Below, piece after piece: positions 15,401 to 28,273 of a DNA stretch of 63,854 nucleotides (within the stretch, counting starts at the first letter, position 1; the number at the start of each line of letters is the position of its first letter). The notes beneath the pieces are model-generated. The model saw nothing but the letters and a program-made list of their open reading frames with translations. It was not told the origin of the DNA and searched no databases. The position numbers and the translations under genes are program-made. The stretch is from the NCBI RefSeq assembly GCF_002571385.2, contig NW_019217945.1, forward strand, positions 481,090 to 544,943, read 5' to 3'. The stretch comes from Stylophora pistillata. Its lineage: Eukaryota.

Positions 15401-18400
15401 AGAAATCGAGCGTTACTGCTATTTGAATCTAAGAAACTCACACTCTAGAAACGAAGAGGAATGCTGTTTGCTCGCTTGAATACGCAATTTTGTTTAATAT
15501 GCCTGCAACGCTGCATTCTATTGTTCTCCTTCATCCGTAAAGTACAGGAAGAACTTCGTTGGAAAAACGACTTCCCATTTCAACAGTGGGAAGAAAAAGG
15601 AGAACATAATACTGTCATTTAGCGACAGTCTTGGATCCTTATCATTGAAAGATACAAGTTGTAAGTAATCGGCACGAGCTTCTTATTCAAATAATCGATG
15701 AAAGAATGGCTTTGATTGCTACATAACAGACTTCCAGTGCTGAAATGTCACAAACGAGAGATTTGTGGTTTTTGAAAAGAAATATAATATCCAAAAGGTA
15801 AGTGAACAGCAACACTTAAGATGAAGATGGTATGCATAGACAAATCGACCTCATGATTTTGACAAAATTAATCCTTTTCCTCAAACGGACTTCAGAGTAC
15901 CTCAGGTCACGTCAGGCGGTTTTTCTAACATTTATTCTCTGTTGCAATCGTACAGTTGGAACTTAGTTTTCCTCATCAATACTTTCATGTATAAACAGTT
16001 ATCATGTTGTAAAATGTTTTTCTTTTAATTGTTATCGATCTCTTGAACAAAGATGCCTTAAAAAGCGCCAATTTATCATACTCTAAGCAACCTTGATAAC
16101 TGACCTTCCCTTCACGGTAAAATCCTTAAGTGTGAAGTTTCTTTGTTCGTAAACGACGGATAACAATTTTCATGTGTAAACATTTATTGTAAATTTAAAT
16201 CGTAAAGTTCTCTTTTCTACTTGATTGGGGAATATGAAAACTTGTATTACAAATGACCAATGTCTGGCACTAAAAGCTAGTGTTGATGACAAGTCGAGTA
16301 AGGCTATTATGAGTCATTTTTTCCTACCAAGTAGTTTTTCATGAAGTCTTCGTACAAAACCTTATGAACATTTGTCAAATTTGCACCTCGCAGTCCACTT
16401 GTGAGGAATTATCCTCAACAAATGTCCGGTTCAGGGTTCAAATTCCAGAGTTTCTCAACACGAACAAACTCCCTTTTCGCGTAACCTAAAGTTTTAGAAA
16501 GAAGTAATTATATAATTTTCCCTATACTCAGAAGTGAACGCCGTTCTTGGTTTTGAATAGATAGAGCAAAACATTACACCTCGAAAAAAATGATGGTAGT
16601 GATAACACTTCCCAGATACCAAGTTACCAACGCAAGCCTTTGTCTTTTATCAGTTGTGTCTTGAGTTTAAATGAAATGAAAACACACTGCCTCGAACGAT
16701 ACACGAGTGTTACGTTTATCCACGTACCTCGAAGAAACGCAGAAAGAAAAAGAAGCCGAAAAAAAAAACGCTTGGGTCATCGTTATGTTTTGGTCAGTGG
16801 AATTAATTGGACCCTAAACCCTAACCCGAAGCGAGCTAGGACGCACGAAGCGCCTGAAATTCTTCCATGCAGAGATCCAACATGCTTGTCTGGAAGAAAG
16901 GTTCCTTAATCAAAGCCAATATTTTAGGATATTTGACAATAACTGCAAAGTCACATTACATTGCAACTCTAACTTCGACAATCCCAGGAACTCCCACAAA
17001 ATTTTGCTGCTCGAATGTATGCCAGCTTCTTTTCATCCATGTTAAAAAAAATCAATCACAATTTTTGATTAGTGCGATTCAGTTCTGCTTCAATTTGTTT
17101 CCCACCACTATTCCGCAATTTGCCACAAATCTAGCCTTTGAGATGAAAACAGATCGACAGTAAAGACATATTCAACTCTGATATTTTCCCTTATTAACAC
17201 GACAAGTATGCAAAAACTTTTCTTTTCTTTCCATGCCACTTGAAATGTCTCCAAGTCAACTAGGTTGCACGAAAGGAAAATATGCAAACTATGCCAAATT
17301 TTAAGCACATTATTTTGGCATCGCAAAGAAGTGACGCCTAAAAAAAACACATGGAACATTTTTTTAGCCACGAGGATCAAACCTAATTAATTGCCAAAGC
17401 CACAACACAGACTATAAAGGTAAAATATCGTGCAGTTTTTAGGATTCAGTACCCCAATTCTTTTTACCATGTCATGGTCCAAAGTGCAGAAAATCAGGAA
17501 ACATTCAAGTTGTGAAATTTGCGCAATCCTCTTGTAGAACTAACAAGGATTGTTTCGGATGGATAATTCTGATTTTATAAAATGAATGCATTGACGAGTA
17601 CTAATTTTATTTTATACATTTTGTCGTCGTTAGACATAATTGTATGGGTGTTTTATGCTTGGAATATCCTTAAACCAAACTGCGTCTTTAGTCCTCGTTA
17701 AATGTATCCTTATGATCGACACAACGATTCGCTTTCAAAAAATTGATTGATGTTTTCTCTCTCGTGTTTTTCTTTTTTTTTTTAAAGCTTTGAACGGGTT
17801 GTAGTAAGATAGTATATAGCAGAAACGAACTTTGTCTTTGCTAGCCTTCAAAGAAAAAAATTACCTGTCGACGTCTTCGCTTGTGGGTAAATGGTTAACA
17901 TTTTCAGCCAATCCTATTGTTTGCTTTGTAACTGGCAGTCTTCGATCACACTGGAGTTTCATAGAGAATAGTCGAGACTTGGGTTTTTTTTTTTTTTCCG
18001 ACAAGGCTGTCCGCAATTCAATTGGAGCTTTCAAGGTGAAGAGTCAAAATGCATTATAACCTGAGTGATCTAAAAAAGATCAGGTTAATTTGTGTCTACT
18101 GCTCTTGATTCTTAATACAAAGCCAGTTTCCGGCATTTACGCCCTGGAAGAGAGACCGAAAGTTGATAGTTATATTTTGTTACTTTCTTTAATTTTCAAC
18201 TGATCTTTATATTCCCTGTGTGGGCCAGAATAAAATATTGAAAAAAAAATTATCGAACAATATTTTAAATAAACTCAATAAAGAATATTACAAAACGAAG
18301 TACAGCAACCGTAAAATAGTTGTTTCAGGAACGGTAAATTTCAGGCAAGCTACAAAGTATAATAGAATGTTTTCATATATTCGTAAAATATATGCTTTCA

Positions 18401-20045
18401 ATTAAGGTTTTTGTTTGTTTTTCAATTTTCGTCTTTTTCTAAACTTCATAGAACTGAAACCTGGTAGTTGAAATTAAAAAGAAACATGATTTCCAAAGAT
18501 AAATTCGTCGATAAACTTTCTGTGCAATCAGGCAAATATTTATGGAAAAAAATCACAAATTATTATGGTAAAGAAAAAACTTATCTTCTTTGCCAGTTAG
18601 CACGGTTTGAGTTGCTCGTAAGAGATCACTTATGCCTTGATTGAACAATACTGCCAACATAAAATTGTTGATGCGGGTTACAAGGTGCTATAAAATGTAT
18701 TTGGAAAAAAATTGTTACCAAGGTCAAGACTTGCTGCAAACTGTATAAATTAATCACTTATAATTCATATTCGATGAAATGTGTTTAGTTTATACCTGTA
18801 TAAATCAACAGCTTTTCAAGATATGACTATCAAATGTTTTCTATCTTTTAACAATTCTATCATAATATATGTACAGTTTTTCCTTTAGAGATACAATCAA
18901 AATACCCACGTGGCTTGAGGTTACGTTGGTTGTGATTGTAAAGATTCTTTCTGATTTTTTCTTTCGTTAATTCTAGAGTAAAAGGGCTTACAGATAGGTC
19001 AGCAGATAATTTCTCATGACCGCTCATAGCCTTGACTCAACAAAGTTTTCACAACAAAATAAGAAAATAAGAATACCAAGAGACACAATTTTGGTTTCCT
19101 ACATCGTAGAGGATGTCAAAGTTTACACAGTTCGACGTCTACTACTTTACAATTAGTTTAAAGTACTGAAGGTAGCAGGCTTTCTCTTTGTATTTTTATC
19201 TTGTTAACCAACATGCATCATCGACAATTGCAATCTTAGACCATTTTTTTTTTCGGTTATAAAATTATCAACCCTCTGGTTAAGCATATATTACCATCGT
19301 AACTAAGAAAAAAGGGAAAAGCCTTAAAGTTAACAAAAGCAGAAGTGGGGGGGTAGGGTAGTGAGTGTCTCAAGTTTAGTGGGGGGGGACATGACCAAGA
19401 GGTCATGTCGTTTGATTTGCGATGCAGTAGTCCTGCGTTTAACCTTATCACCCTGCTACGCACTGGATGTGTTCTCTTGACTGTTCAGTGTAAGTAATGT
19501 CTCCCGCTAGTTGGTATGTTACCCACTTTATGTTGCCATGGGTGGTTTGTTATCCTGTTTGGTGTTTTTGGTTCTCAAAAGCCACACTTGGCAATGGTTA
19601 AGTAAGGATGTCATCATTACTTTCTTAAATTTTTGAAAGACTAATAGGATTTTTTATGGAACATGAAAAGTTTTTCACCTTAAAATGGAGCAACATCCGG
19701 AAGATGTGGTCGTTCGTGGATGTTCTTATGACACAATTTCCTAAATTAATTGACGTCACTGAGTGATCTAATTATAGTCTTAATAAAAAAAAAATAATTG
19801 CAATGTTTGCACGAACTCTCAGTTAAGACACAACTGACAACGAACAACACCACATTCCTATCGGAAATCGAGAGGAATAAGAAGGAGTCTGTAACTAACT
19901 GGAAAAATCTATGTCTGGTTTTGGACTAAGGTAGGTGAACTAAAAAAAATGAGTTTGAACATACATTTCATAGACGTCTATTAGTTTGAACAGTTTGATG
20001 GCCCAGTTAGTGCTTTCAGCGCTTTTCTGATGTAGTGCTGTATTG

Positions 20046-20337
20046 AATAAAGGCTGATAGTTTCTAAAGAAACTGTTTGGGGCTGCGTCGGTGGGGGTAA
20101 CGAAATAATTTGGATGTATCAACAAAGTTGAAATGGTAAATTGGCCACCGTAACGATTATTCTCGTTGCCATGTTCCCACCATTAACGTAGCTCCATTTT
20201 CTGCCTTAAAAGCACACACAACCCACAATTCCTCTATACGCTCCGACGAAGGGCTAACGCTCGAAACGTCAGCTTTTGTAATCGTTACGGTGGCCAATTT
20301 ACCATTTCAATTTTGTCAGTGATATATCCAAATTATA
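20046..20337 (+). mobile_element. Penelope/retrozyme-type insertion with internal inverted repeat and 13-bp target-site duplication
   Basis: Direct repeat TAGTGCTGTATTG at 20033-20045 and 20338-20350. Near-perfect ~55-bp inverted repeat at 20105-20159 / 20279-20336. Hammerhead-like motif inside. Confidence 0.7.
20240..20273 (+). ncRNA. Minimal type I hammerhead-ribozyme-like motif (U4C core variant)
   Basis: GCT-CCGACGA-A-GGGC(TAAC)GCTC-GAAAC-GTC-AGC: stem I, CUGANGA-like core, stem II, GAAA, palindromic short stem III, GUC triplet. Confidence 0.55.
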
Positions 20338-23136
20338 TAGTGCTGTATTGCTCAGACCTGCCGGTTAAGGTGGCTCAAACTGAGGCCTTGGCCCTTACAT
20401 AGCAGCAGAATATCTCCGTCAATGAACATACTCAGGAATATCAAAGTTTTTCGTAAAATAACAACTCGAAGGTTAAATATCTCCCTCACAAAAAATAACT
20501 ATAACTATATTTAAAATAGACAGCGGAATAATCTATTACAGTTTTCTACCTTACGGCCCTCAAAAACACTCGCATACGGATTAAATAGAGATAATCATGT
20601 TTTCTACTGTTGGAGTTCAATGCAATCTTTGACAGTTTGACCAAGTCAAAACATATTCACAAGAGTTGTGACTCCGTTTGGTGAGAATTGACCAAAACGC
20701 CGTTTGTTGAAATTAGAAGTTTATCGTAAGGATTCTTTGTCGTGCCTTGTCTTCATCGGAAATGGCCTAGTAAGGGACATTTCTGCTCGTTCAACATTCG
20801 ATTCCTAAGTTCCTTTGTCGTTAGCTTCGGCTGTTTCGAGCACTATAACACAGTTACCTAATTAAAATAAGAACATTCTCACTGAAATATTGCCAAAAAT
20901 CCCCGACAAATATCTATCCTCCATAGTTACTGCAACAAGACCAGTTGGTACGTGACGTGAGTGCTTAGCCAGCTGGTTCTTTCATGACGTTTTTGATTAC
21001 GTCAAATCTTAGGATTACGTGCATGTGCTTCGCCGTCCGGTACGTCTTTTCATACATTCTGGCTCCTGATCTTTGTTGAATGCTCCAGAATTTCCTTGAT
21101 ACTATTTCTGTTAAGATGTGTGTTGACTCTAGAAAGCTTTCTGTCAACCGTGGTCAGGGAAACATTTCCCATAAACTCGTCACACCCATTAGATGGTTGC
21201 GAAATGCTTCATATTTGCGAACTAAAATTAAAGAACAACCTTTTCGCCAATGCAAGTTTAAGCATTTATGCACAGACAAAAGCAAGTTTCTTCTCTATCA
21301 GTTTTCACCAATTTATTCACGAATCACTTTTTTGTCATGTTTTCTTCTCGTTGTGTTATTTAATAAGTTAACCTCGCTTCACAGACATCATGATAATCTG
21401 CTGTTCATCCAGCTTATCTCTTCCCGAGCATTTCATTAAACAGACCTCGACAACGACAAATGCCATGGACATCGAGTAAATTTACTGTTGCATTTTGCTT
21501 AGTGTTGTTTGCCCTAATGTTCGATGAGTAACACTCACAAGATAAGTGAACTAATTCCAGGCAGAACTCTCTCAAAAAGCTAAGACTTTATTTAGTGATA
21601 AAAACGGAATATAACTTATACGTGGTCAATATTCGTTGATATCTTTCCATATAGTATATATCTGGTCCGGAAATAAGCAGAACTATTAATAAACTTGTGT
21701 AAAACCAATGCTCTTCCCATCTGCTACTCAACAATTTGAAAGTTTACAATCCCCTTTTGGTGGCCATCTACATTAGATTTTAAGGAGAGAGACATAACAT
21801 TTGCCAATTTGAATCATTAACTGAATATTTTGAATGATTGTACCGAGAGTTTCAAGTTTTTAAACCATAGATATCCTGTGAAAGTTGGTTATTGATGATG
21901 ATCGTTATAAATTTGAGACATTTAAATGGGCGTCTTTATCGCGTTGACAAGAGCCGAATACTGGAGGCCACAAAATGCAGATAAAATGTTATCTTTTGGC
22001 ATCTCACCAACGGGATCATACTTTTCAAAGATGAAAAATTGAAGTCAGTAACAACAGTTTTTCTTTGTTCAGCTACAAGAAACAAACGTTTACGTAGCCA
22101 GCGCAAATTTCTTTGCTGAACTTACTCAAGAAACTGAAGTTTTCTAAACCACTATGATAATATGAAAACTTTGGAAATGTGGAATCATTATATTATTTTT
22201 TCTCCTGTGGCACAGAATTTTTGGAGACACTTAAGAGTTAGGTGTATAATTCAGCAGGAGTGAAAACATGTACGCTATATCTTCTAAGTTTGTGAAGATA
22301 TATATTCAAATACTTTGTAAACTTTATTTAAGTTGAAATCAATAGGTAGACATGTAATTAAGTAAGAAAGATACCGCTGAGATGTTTCATGATCTACGAG
22401 CGCCCCCTCGAGAGATATTATGCGCTATTTTTCTTTACGAAGTGCACTTACAAATTTCTAGCCCACAGTTTCTCACAGAAATTTAAAGTAAAACTGGTGT
22501 AATTGCAACGAAAATAAATATGATTGATTAAGGAGTATTGCTGTATGTGTTAGCAGTATTTAAAGAAGTTGCGTCATCCTACACGAATCGTATTTTCGAC
22601 GAAGAAAACTATATTAAATAATTAAATAGTATGGAAAGAACTTATTCCAGTGTATTTAGAACAAACGAAAAGGAGAAAAAAACCATCGGCGGTGGGGAAT
22701 GTTCATGCGGATTTTACTTGACGAAACAAAAAAAAATTGAAGCCGGTAAATTTCCACGATAAAAGAACCGTGAATCACGCAGTGGGGAGACAAAGAACAT
22801 ACTATGAGAATGACTTCGATCACGTGCATTATCAGGTGCATGATACGGAACAGAAATCTTACCAGGGAGGCTTACCGTTTAAAATTTGCGTGCCCGTGAT
22901 GAGATTATCTCTCGTCAACAGACTGATAACCATATTTATCCCATCTTATCGAAAGATAACGCCATTTATGAAGTGTCAAAATGGACCGGCAGAAGAAATG
23001 TCAATTTGCCAACTGTCATGTGGATCACTGTAGGTCACATGAGAATGTTCCTTCTACAGGGTCAAATAGGTGATTCTAACATTAAGTTTCTCCTGCTTAC
23101 ACAATAGTTGCTGCGGAACAACAGACACGATCAGAA

Positions 23137-26100
23137 ATGAATGGTATTTTTGGACGCCTGCCACCCTGTACAATGAATGGGTACAACTACAGTCGTCCAC
23201 AGAGCATGGAGTTTTACGACCCGACCGAAGCTGTGATGTATGGTAAGAGTGCAGTGATAAACAATGTCCTCTGATTTGGTTGCGTGCCTTGATATCATAA
23301 ATTTTGTCTCAATCCTGATAATCTTTCCTATTGCGCTAAGTGGCTTTAAGACTAACAGTTCTCGACTGACTCCCGTAAAGGATTGTTTAGTCTCTGATGA
23401 AACTGTACAGCGGCATGGAAAAACAACTAAAACAGGAGTTCTTTGTCCTTAGATCTTTCGAGTAGATTTTTAAAGATTTCCACCGAAAAATATAACTCCT
23501 CCACCGAGGTCTAAAAGCATAAAATATACACATATAAACATGACATGTCTGAAATGTCCGAGCAGGCATAATCAATGTTATCGTCACACAAAACTCCCAC
23601 ATCTTCCAAATTGGAAATCTATAGAAATCAGTGCTGAGCTACACTATCTTTCCTTCTTAAAGATCATGTTTTACCACTTTTAAGACGTGACCACGTAACA
23701 TTTCATACCTTATTAGCGTGTTTATAGATTTTCTTAAACATAATTTCTTAGTCGCTTCCTGTTCATGACCCTAATCCGATGGTTCCCTCAAATCCTTGGG
23801 ATAATTACATAAACGTAAGCGGACCTGTTCCAATTTCGAAACAACTCAGTATTATGCTTGGGTGAGATTCTTAAAACATCAGGTCAGAAAGGAAATCTAT
23901 GGCTGCTCTTGTAATGAAGTAGTAACAGGAATCTTTGCATTTGGCAACCGAATTTGCATTTGGACTTTTCCAGAGTGGAGAAAATAAACATACTGTTTTT
24001 TTGCACATACTCCCTACAAGTTAGTGTTAATTTGCATCACTTCTGTTGACTTCGTGTACATCCTTACCTCTTCAAAGTTTACTCAGTGAGTTCCCTACCC
24101 GTCGAGAAACATTTAAGAGCAAAGCTGTAAGTTTGACAATTTTTTTCATGCATCAGCATTATAATCCTTTCAAATGCGTGAGTCTGACAGAAAAACCTGG
24201 ATAATCCCTTATTGGACAGCCACCTTAAGGGCTGGTTTGCCATTTTTCTAATTGATATAGAGATTAAAGCTGACAGAAAGCGGTATGTACAACCCAATCA
24301 CATAACCAAGCCCATCACTCATACGTGTTTTGCTTGGTATAAGAAGACGGATATAAATTAATGCTTTGAGACTAAACTCGAGTTGAAGTCGGATAGCTTG
24401 CAATATGGAATTTACTTGGCCAGGTTTTTTGCCTTGTCTTGGCTGTCCCCAATGTCTAACGTCAAGGTTTTTTGAAGGTAATTATTTTCTGACGTTTTGT
24501 GAACAAATTAGTAAGTCTTGAGATTTTAAATGTTTGGCAAACTGTGGAAATGTTTGCTTGAAAATTGAGGAAGATTCTCTTACAAAGAAGATCGTATCAT
24601 CCATTTCATGTGTTTCAGAGCAGCCAGTTGATTGTAAGCAGCTACTGCTGTAACCCTGAAATACTTAAGCTTGCTTCTCGACGATTCTTCTTAAGGAAAA
24701 GCATTATGAAATAAAACTCATGATGATTACAACTGGATTGCAAAATCACTAAAATGAATGAGAGTCTCAGATGAACGAGTGTCCGTGTCTGACTTAACCG
24801 GTCGTTGCACCTCCTGGGAAGATTTCAATATGGAGCTGGAAAAGAATAATTTGTAACTTTTTCCTTTAGAACTTGTTTAAATCTGGTTCATCCACCCATT
24901 GAAAACTACAAAGAGCTGAAATTCCATGATAATTGCACCTATTGTTGCCTCCTTTTAAAATCGGATGTTTAAGACAGACTAACACTAACCATCATTTCTT
25001 TAGATGGTACATTCTTATTTTTGATAATGTTTTTTATGGTTTTTTTTTAAGTGATAGTTCTCTTTTGTCATAGGACCTCCACGAAAACAACGTCGTGAAC
25101 GTACGACTTACACCAAGGCTCAGCTTGAAATTTTGGACGAGCTGTTCGCCAAAACAAAATATCCGGACATCTTCATGAGAGAGGAAGTTGCTATGAAAAT
25201 TAATCTTCCGGAAAGCAGAGTGCAGGTGAGAGAAAAGAACTGGCTTGAGACAAAAGGATTATATTTTTTGTATATTCTTGTAACTGGGAGAACCCTGGCC
25301 CCCTGTTATGGGGTTGTTCTTCATTGAAAAAATGTGTGCTGTGCCCAAGAAGGTGTAAAGACTCCATCCTTTTCTTGAATCTTCCCGAATTTTTTGTTGT
25401 TTAGATTTTATTGGCCATGGCAAGGTTGACATAACACCACTTTCACAAAATCACTAATGAGTTTGTCGCGCATCATACAATTGAATACATTTCCATTAGA
25501 ATAACCGGTTGCCCAACTGATATCTGCGTTACTTAGAACAAAGATATAATGAGCTTTTAATTCTCTGCTGATGTATTTTGTAATCACCTAAGGACTGTCG
25601 CCGCCCAGCCATTGTAATCGTCGCTCTCAAATATATCGAGCTATTTTTGGTAACGTCTTTCTTCCATTGCGTGGCATACGGAGACAATTAGCATTTTATA
25701 AGGATGATAGATATGCCCAAAATCTTCTTGACTTTGTTTTTAAGGGGCGTTACTTGGGTGATAGCGGATTATAAGTACTTAATTACCCACAAATTACTCT
25801 GTTTATCAACGTTACTGAATTTAACTCTTTTGTTTACAAAGAGCTGTTATCTTAAAACAGAACGCCCGCGTCGGGGACAGATATGGCGAACTTTGAACAC
25901 GTGTTGAAAAATGGCACGAAACTTGTTTTTGAGCTAAAAACCAGCGAAACAGTGATGAAAGAAAGCAAAATGAAACAAATTGATTAAACAGAAGTAATTC
26001 AAGCCTTAGATTTAATGCATGGTCTAAAATACTGCACTACAAAAGGTGAAGTTCGTGATTTTCGCTAGCGTGAGCTGAAACACGGAGTTTTAGGGGCTCT

Positions 26101-27011
26101 GTTTGAATATGGTGGCCTTTCAAGTGCTTGGTATCACTTATCACACCTTAGACTCACGCGAAGTTTACTCTTTTCTTTTTGTTCCAAACGCTACATGCTT
26201 TTATTTTGCTAAATTTTATCTTCCTTTTACCCGTACAGGTAGAATACATGAAATCTTGTAACAATTAAAATCTGATGTGCCTATTTGTCCTTTTTACTGT
26301 ATAGAGTCATATACCTTTTTCTGCCTCATTTTTTTTTTTCTTTCAAAGAATTTGGCATTTCAACTATTTACGTTTGTTTTAAATCATCTCATTCAGTACA
26401 TATTATATGCATTTTCTGTCCCAACTCAAAGTAATCGCAAATTCATGTAGCTCAGTTACCAAGTAAATCCAAATTCTGTCAACTCGCTTCCCATATTTTA
26501 TGAATGACTCTAAACCTCTTTATATAATTTTCTTGTGGATAGCTAATTCTATCCTTTTGTTTCCCAGGTATGGTTTAAAAACAGAAGGGCTAAGTTTCGA
26601 CAGCAAAACAAGCAACAACAAGGCGCCCCAAGCAAGCCTAAACCAACAGTAGCAAAGCCAAGAAAGAGCCCCACACCACCTACTTCACAGCATGTCCAAG
26701 ATCCATCGCCAAAGCCGCCCCCCATAACACAAGCACCCGCACAACAGTTCAACAGCTTTACCTTTAATGGCCCCAATTGGCCTAGCAAACACAACATGCA
26801 AGAAATGGCTAACTTTCATAGACAGGCCAACTATCAAAAATTTATTAATAACGGAATGAATGGATTTCCAACGTCTAATTTTGGCCCTACTTCGCCGCCA
26901 CAAGCTCATTTCTACCCAAACCACGAACAATACTTCTCTTATATGTCAAACGCTGGACCTGTCTCAAACGAGATGTCCCGGAATCGATTAGAATCCACTA
27001 TGATGTGCTAA
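23137..27011 (+). CDS. otx: Otx paralogue 2, isoform a (233 aa). Exons 23137-23242, 25074-25225, 26568-27011
   Basis: [36 protein letters not shown]|[50 protein letters not shown]|[13 protein letters not shown]...TMMC*. Canonical splice sites and the same intron phases as paralogue 1. Confidence 0.93.
24162..24357 (+). promoter_or_regulatory. Internal promoter for Otx-2 exon 1b
   Basis: TAATCC 24162, TAATCCCTT 24202, TTAAGGGC 24225, TATAAA 24352; ATG at 24405. Confidence 0.55.
24405..24477 (+). CDS. otx: Otx-2 alternative first coding exon 1b, [24 protein letters not shown](G); isoform b is 222 aa
   Basis: ATG to phase-1 donor G|GTAATT, in frame with exon 25074. Clear peptide homology to 34217-34295 and 42595-42670. 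Confidence 0.85.
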
Positions 27012-28094
27012 AAGTTCTAATGTTTTATCAAATTTGCCACTAAGCTTTATAAAGCTTCAGTAGAATTTTAAATGTGTATTATGCCATATGACTGTGTATA
27101 GAGAAGCTCTTTTTCGAACTGACGAAAATAGAGAAAGTATTATTGGCTGGGCAAGAAAGAAGAAGTTCTGATTTTAACCATTCAAACAGCCCCTATATCC
27201 TGTTTTGTCAGCATGTTTCATTTACATAATTTTTACAAAACATCAGCTCTGTGGTAGGTTTCCGCATGTCTGTTCAGGTTTCTTTTGGTTTAAGTAACCT
27301 GTAAACACTTAACACAATTCTCTGCCACATAAACTTTGAAACTTGAACGAAGTAGTTATTCTTTTCTCACCAGTTAGTAAAGTTCAAAACTTCGGATAAT
27401 CTTAGTGGGTTCTACGTAGCTTATACCTAGTCTGATCTTATGCTTAGTAGCACAAAGCATCTTCAGTGTCAATTGTGAACAAGATTAAAACACTTCGATT
27501 TTAATGCTTTGTTCCTTCGGACCTAAGGAAGTATCTATGCACGTCTTTCGCAGAGTTGAGATTTATATAAGTGATTAAAGTATATTGCTCATAATAAAGA
27601 ACAATGTGAGTCATGAGTGTAACTTCAATGAGGGTTTTTTTTTTTTACTTTCGCACCCGCTTTCAGGTGGATCTATAGAATGCCAACAATTCACATAATA
27701 ATATATATGTCAAGATATATGTACTGAGGAAAGAGTTTAAATATTGTTCTAAAACTATGATATTCGATAAATAAACCATTAAGTTGTTTTCTTAAGCTAT
27801 ATACTTCCGTTAGTTATTGTCTATGGCATCAGACCTGAGACTTAAGCCACTTTTAAGGGAGCCCTGTAGTCTCGCCTTTGATGAGATTTGGGGCAACTGA
27901 AAAAACTTTCCCAGACTCTATCATAAGTCTTAAAACGATTTTATCGATTATGAAAACACTAAGAGACAACAGTTCAGACGAAGCCATATGTATGGGATAC
28001 ATTTCAACCCCCATGTACCCCTTTTCCCATTCAAGGGTCAATCCTTCTTGGGGCCTATCGACCTTTGCTGAAGAGTTTTAGGTGGGATAATCAC

Positions 28095-28273
28095 AAAAAC
28101 TACTGTTAAGAGAACGAGTACGAGTACGAGTTTACTAGCGTGTTCACATTGCGCATGCGTAGCTCTGTTTGTTAAAAACTACTGTTAAGAGAACGAGTAC
28201 GAGTACGAGTTTACTAGCGTGTTCACATTGCGCATGCGTAGCTCTGTTTGTTAAAAACTACTGTTAAGAGAAC
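28095..28273. repeat. 79-bp tandem repeat, about 2.3 identical copies
   Basis: Units start at 28095, 28174 and 28253 (AAAAACTACTGTTAAGAGAAC...). Contains (ACGAGT)3 and TGCGCATGCG. Confidence 0.9.

Noticed and set aside
16811-16828. CCCTAAACCCTAACCC telomere-like sequence
   Set aside because: Only about two units; too short to be informative.
4600-23000. Many 60-120 aa ORFs in the Otx-1/Otx-2 interval
   Set aside because: Many begin at non-ATG starts, have low-complexity AT-driven composition, and show no motifs or chainable splice sites. I saw no fifth homeobox.
28095-28273. CRISPR-like repeat-spacer array
   Set aside because: The spacers are identical and the DNA is eukaryotic; it is a simple tandem duplication.
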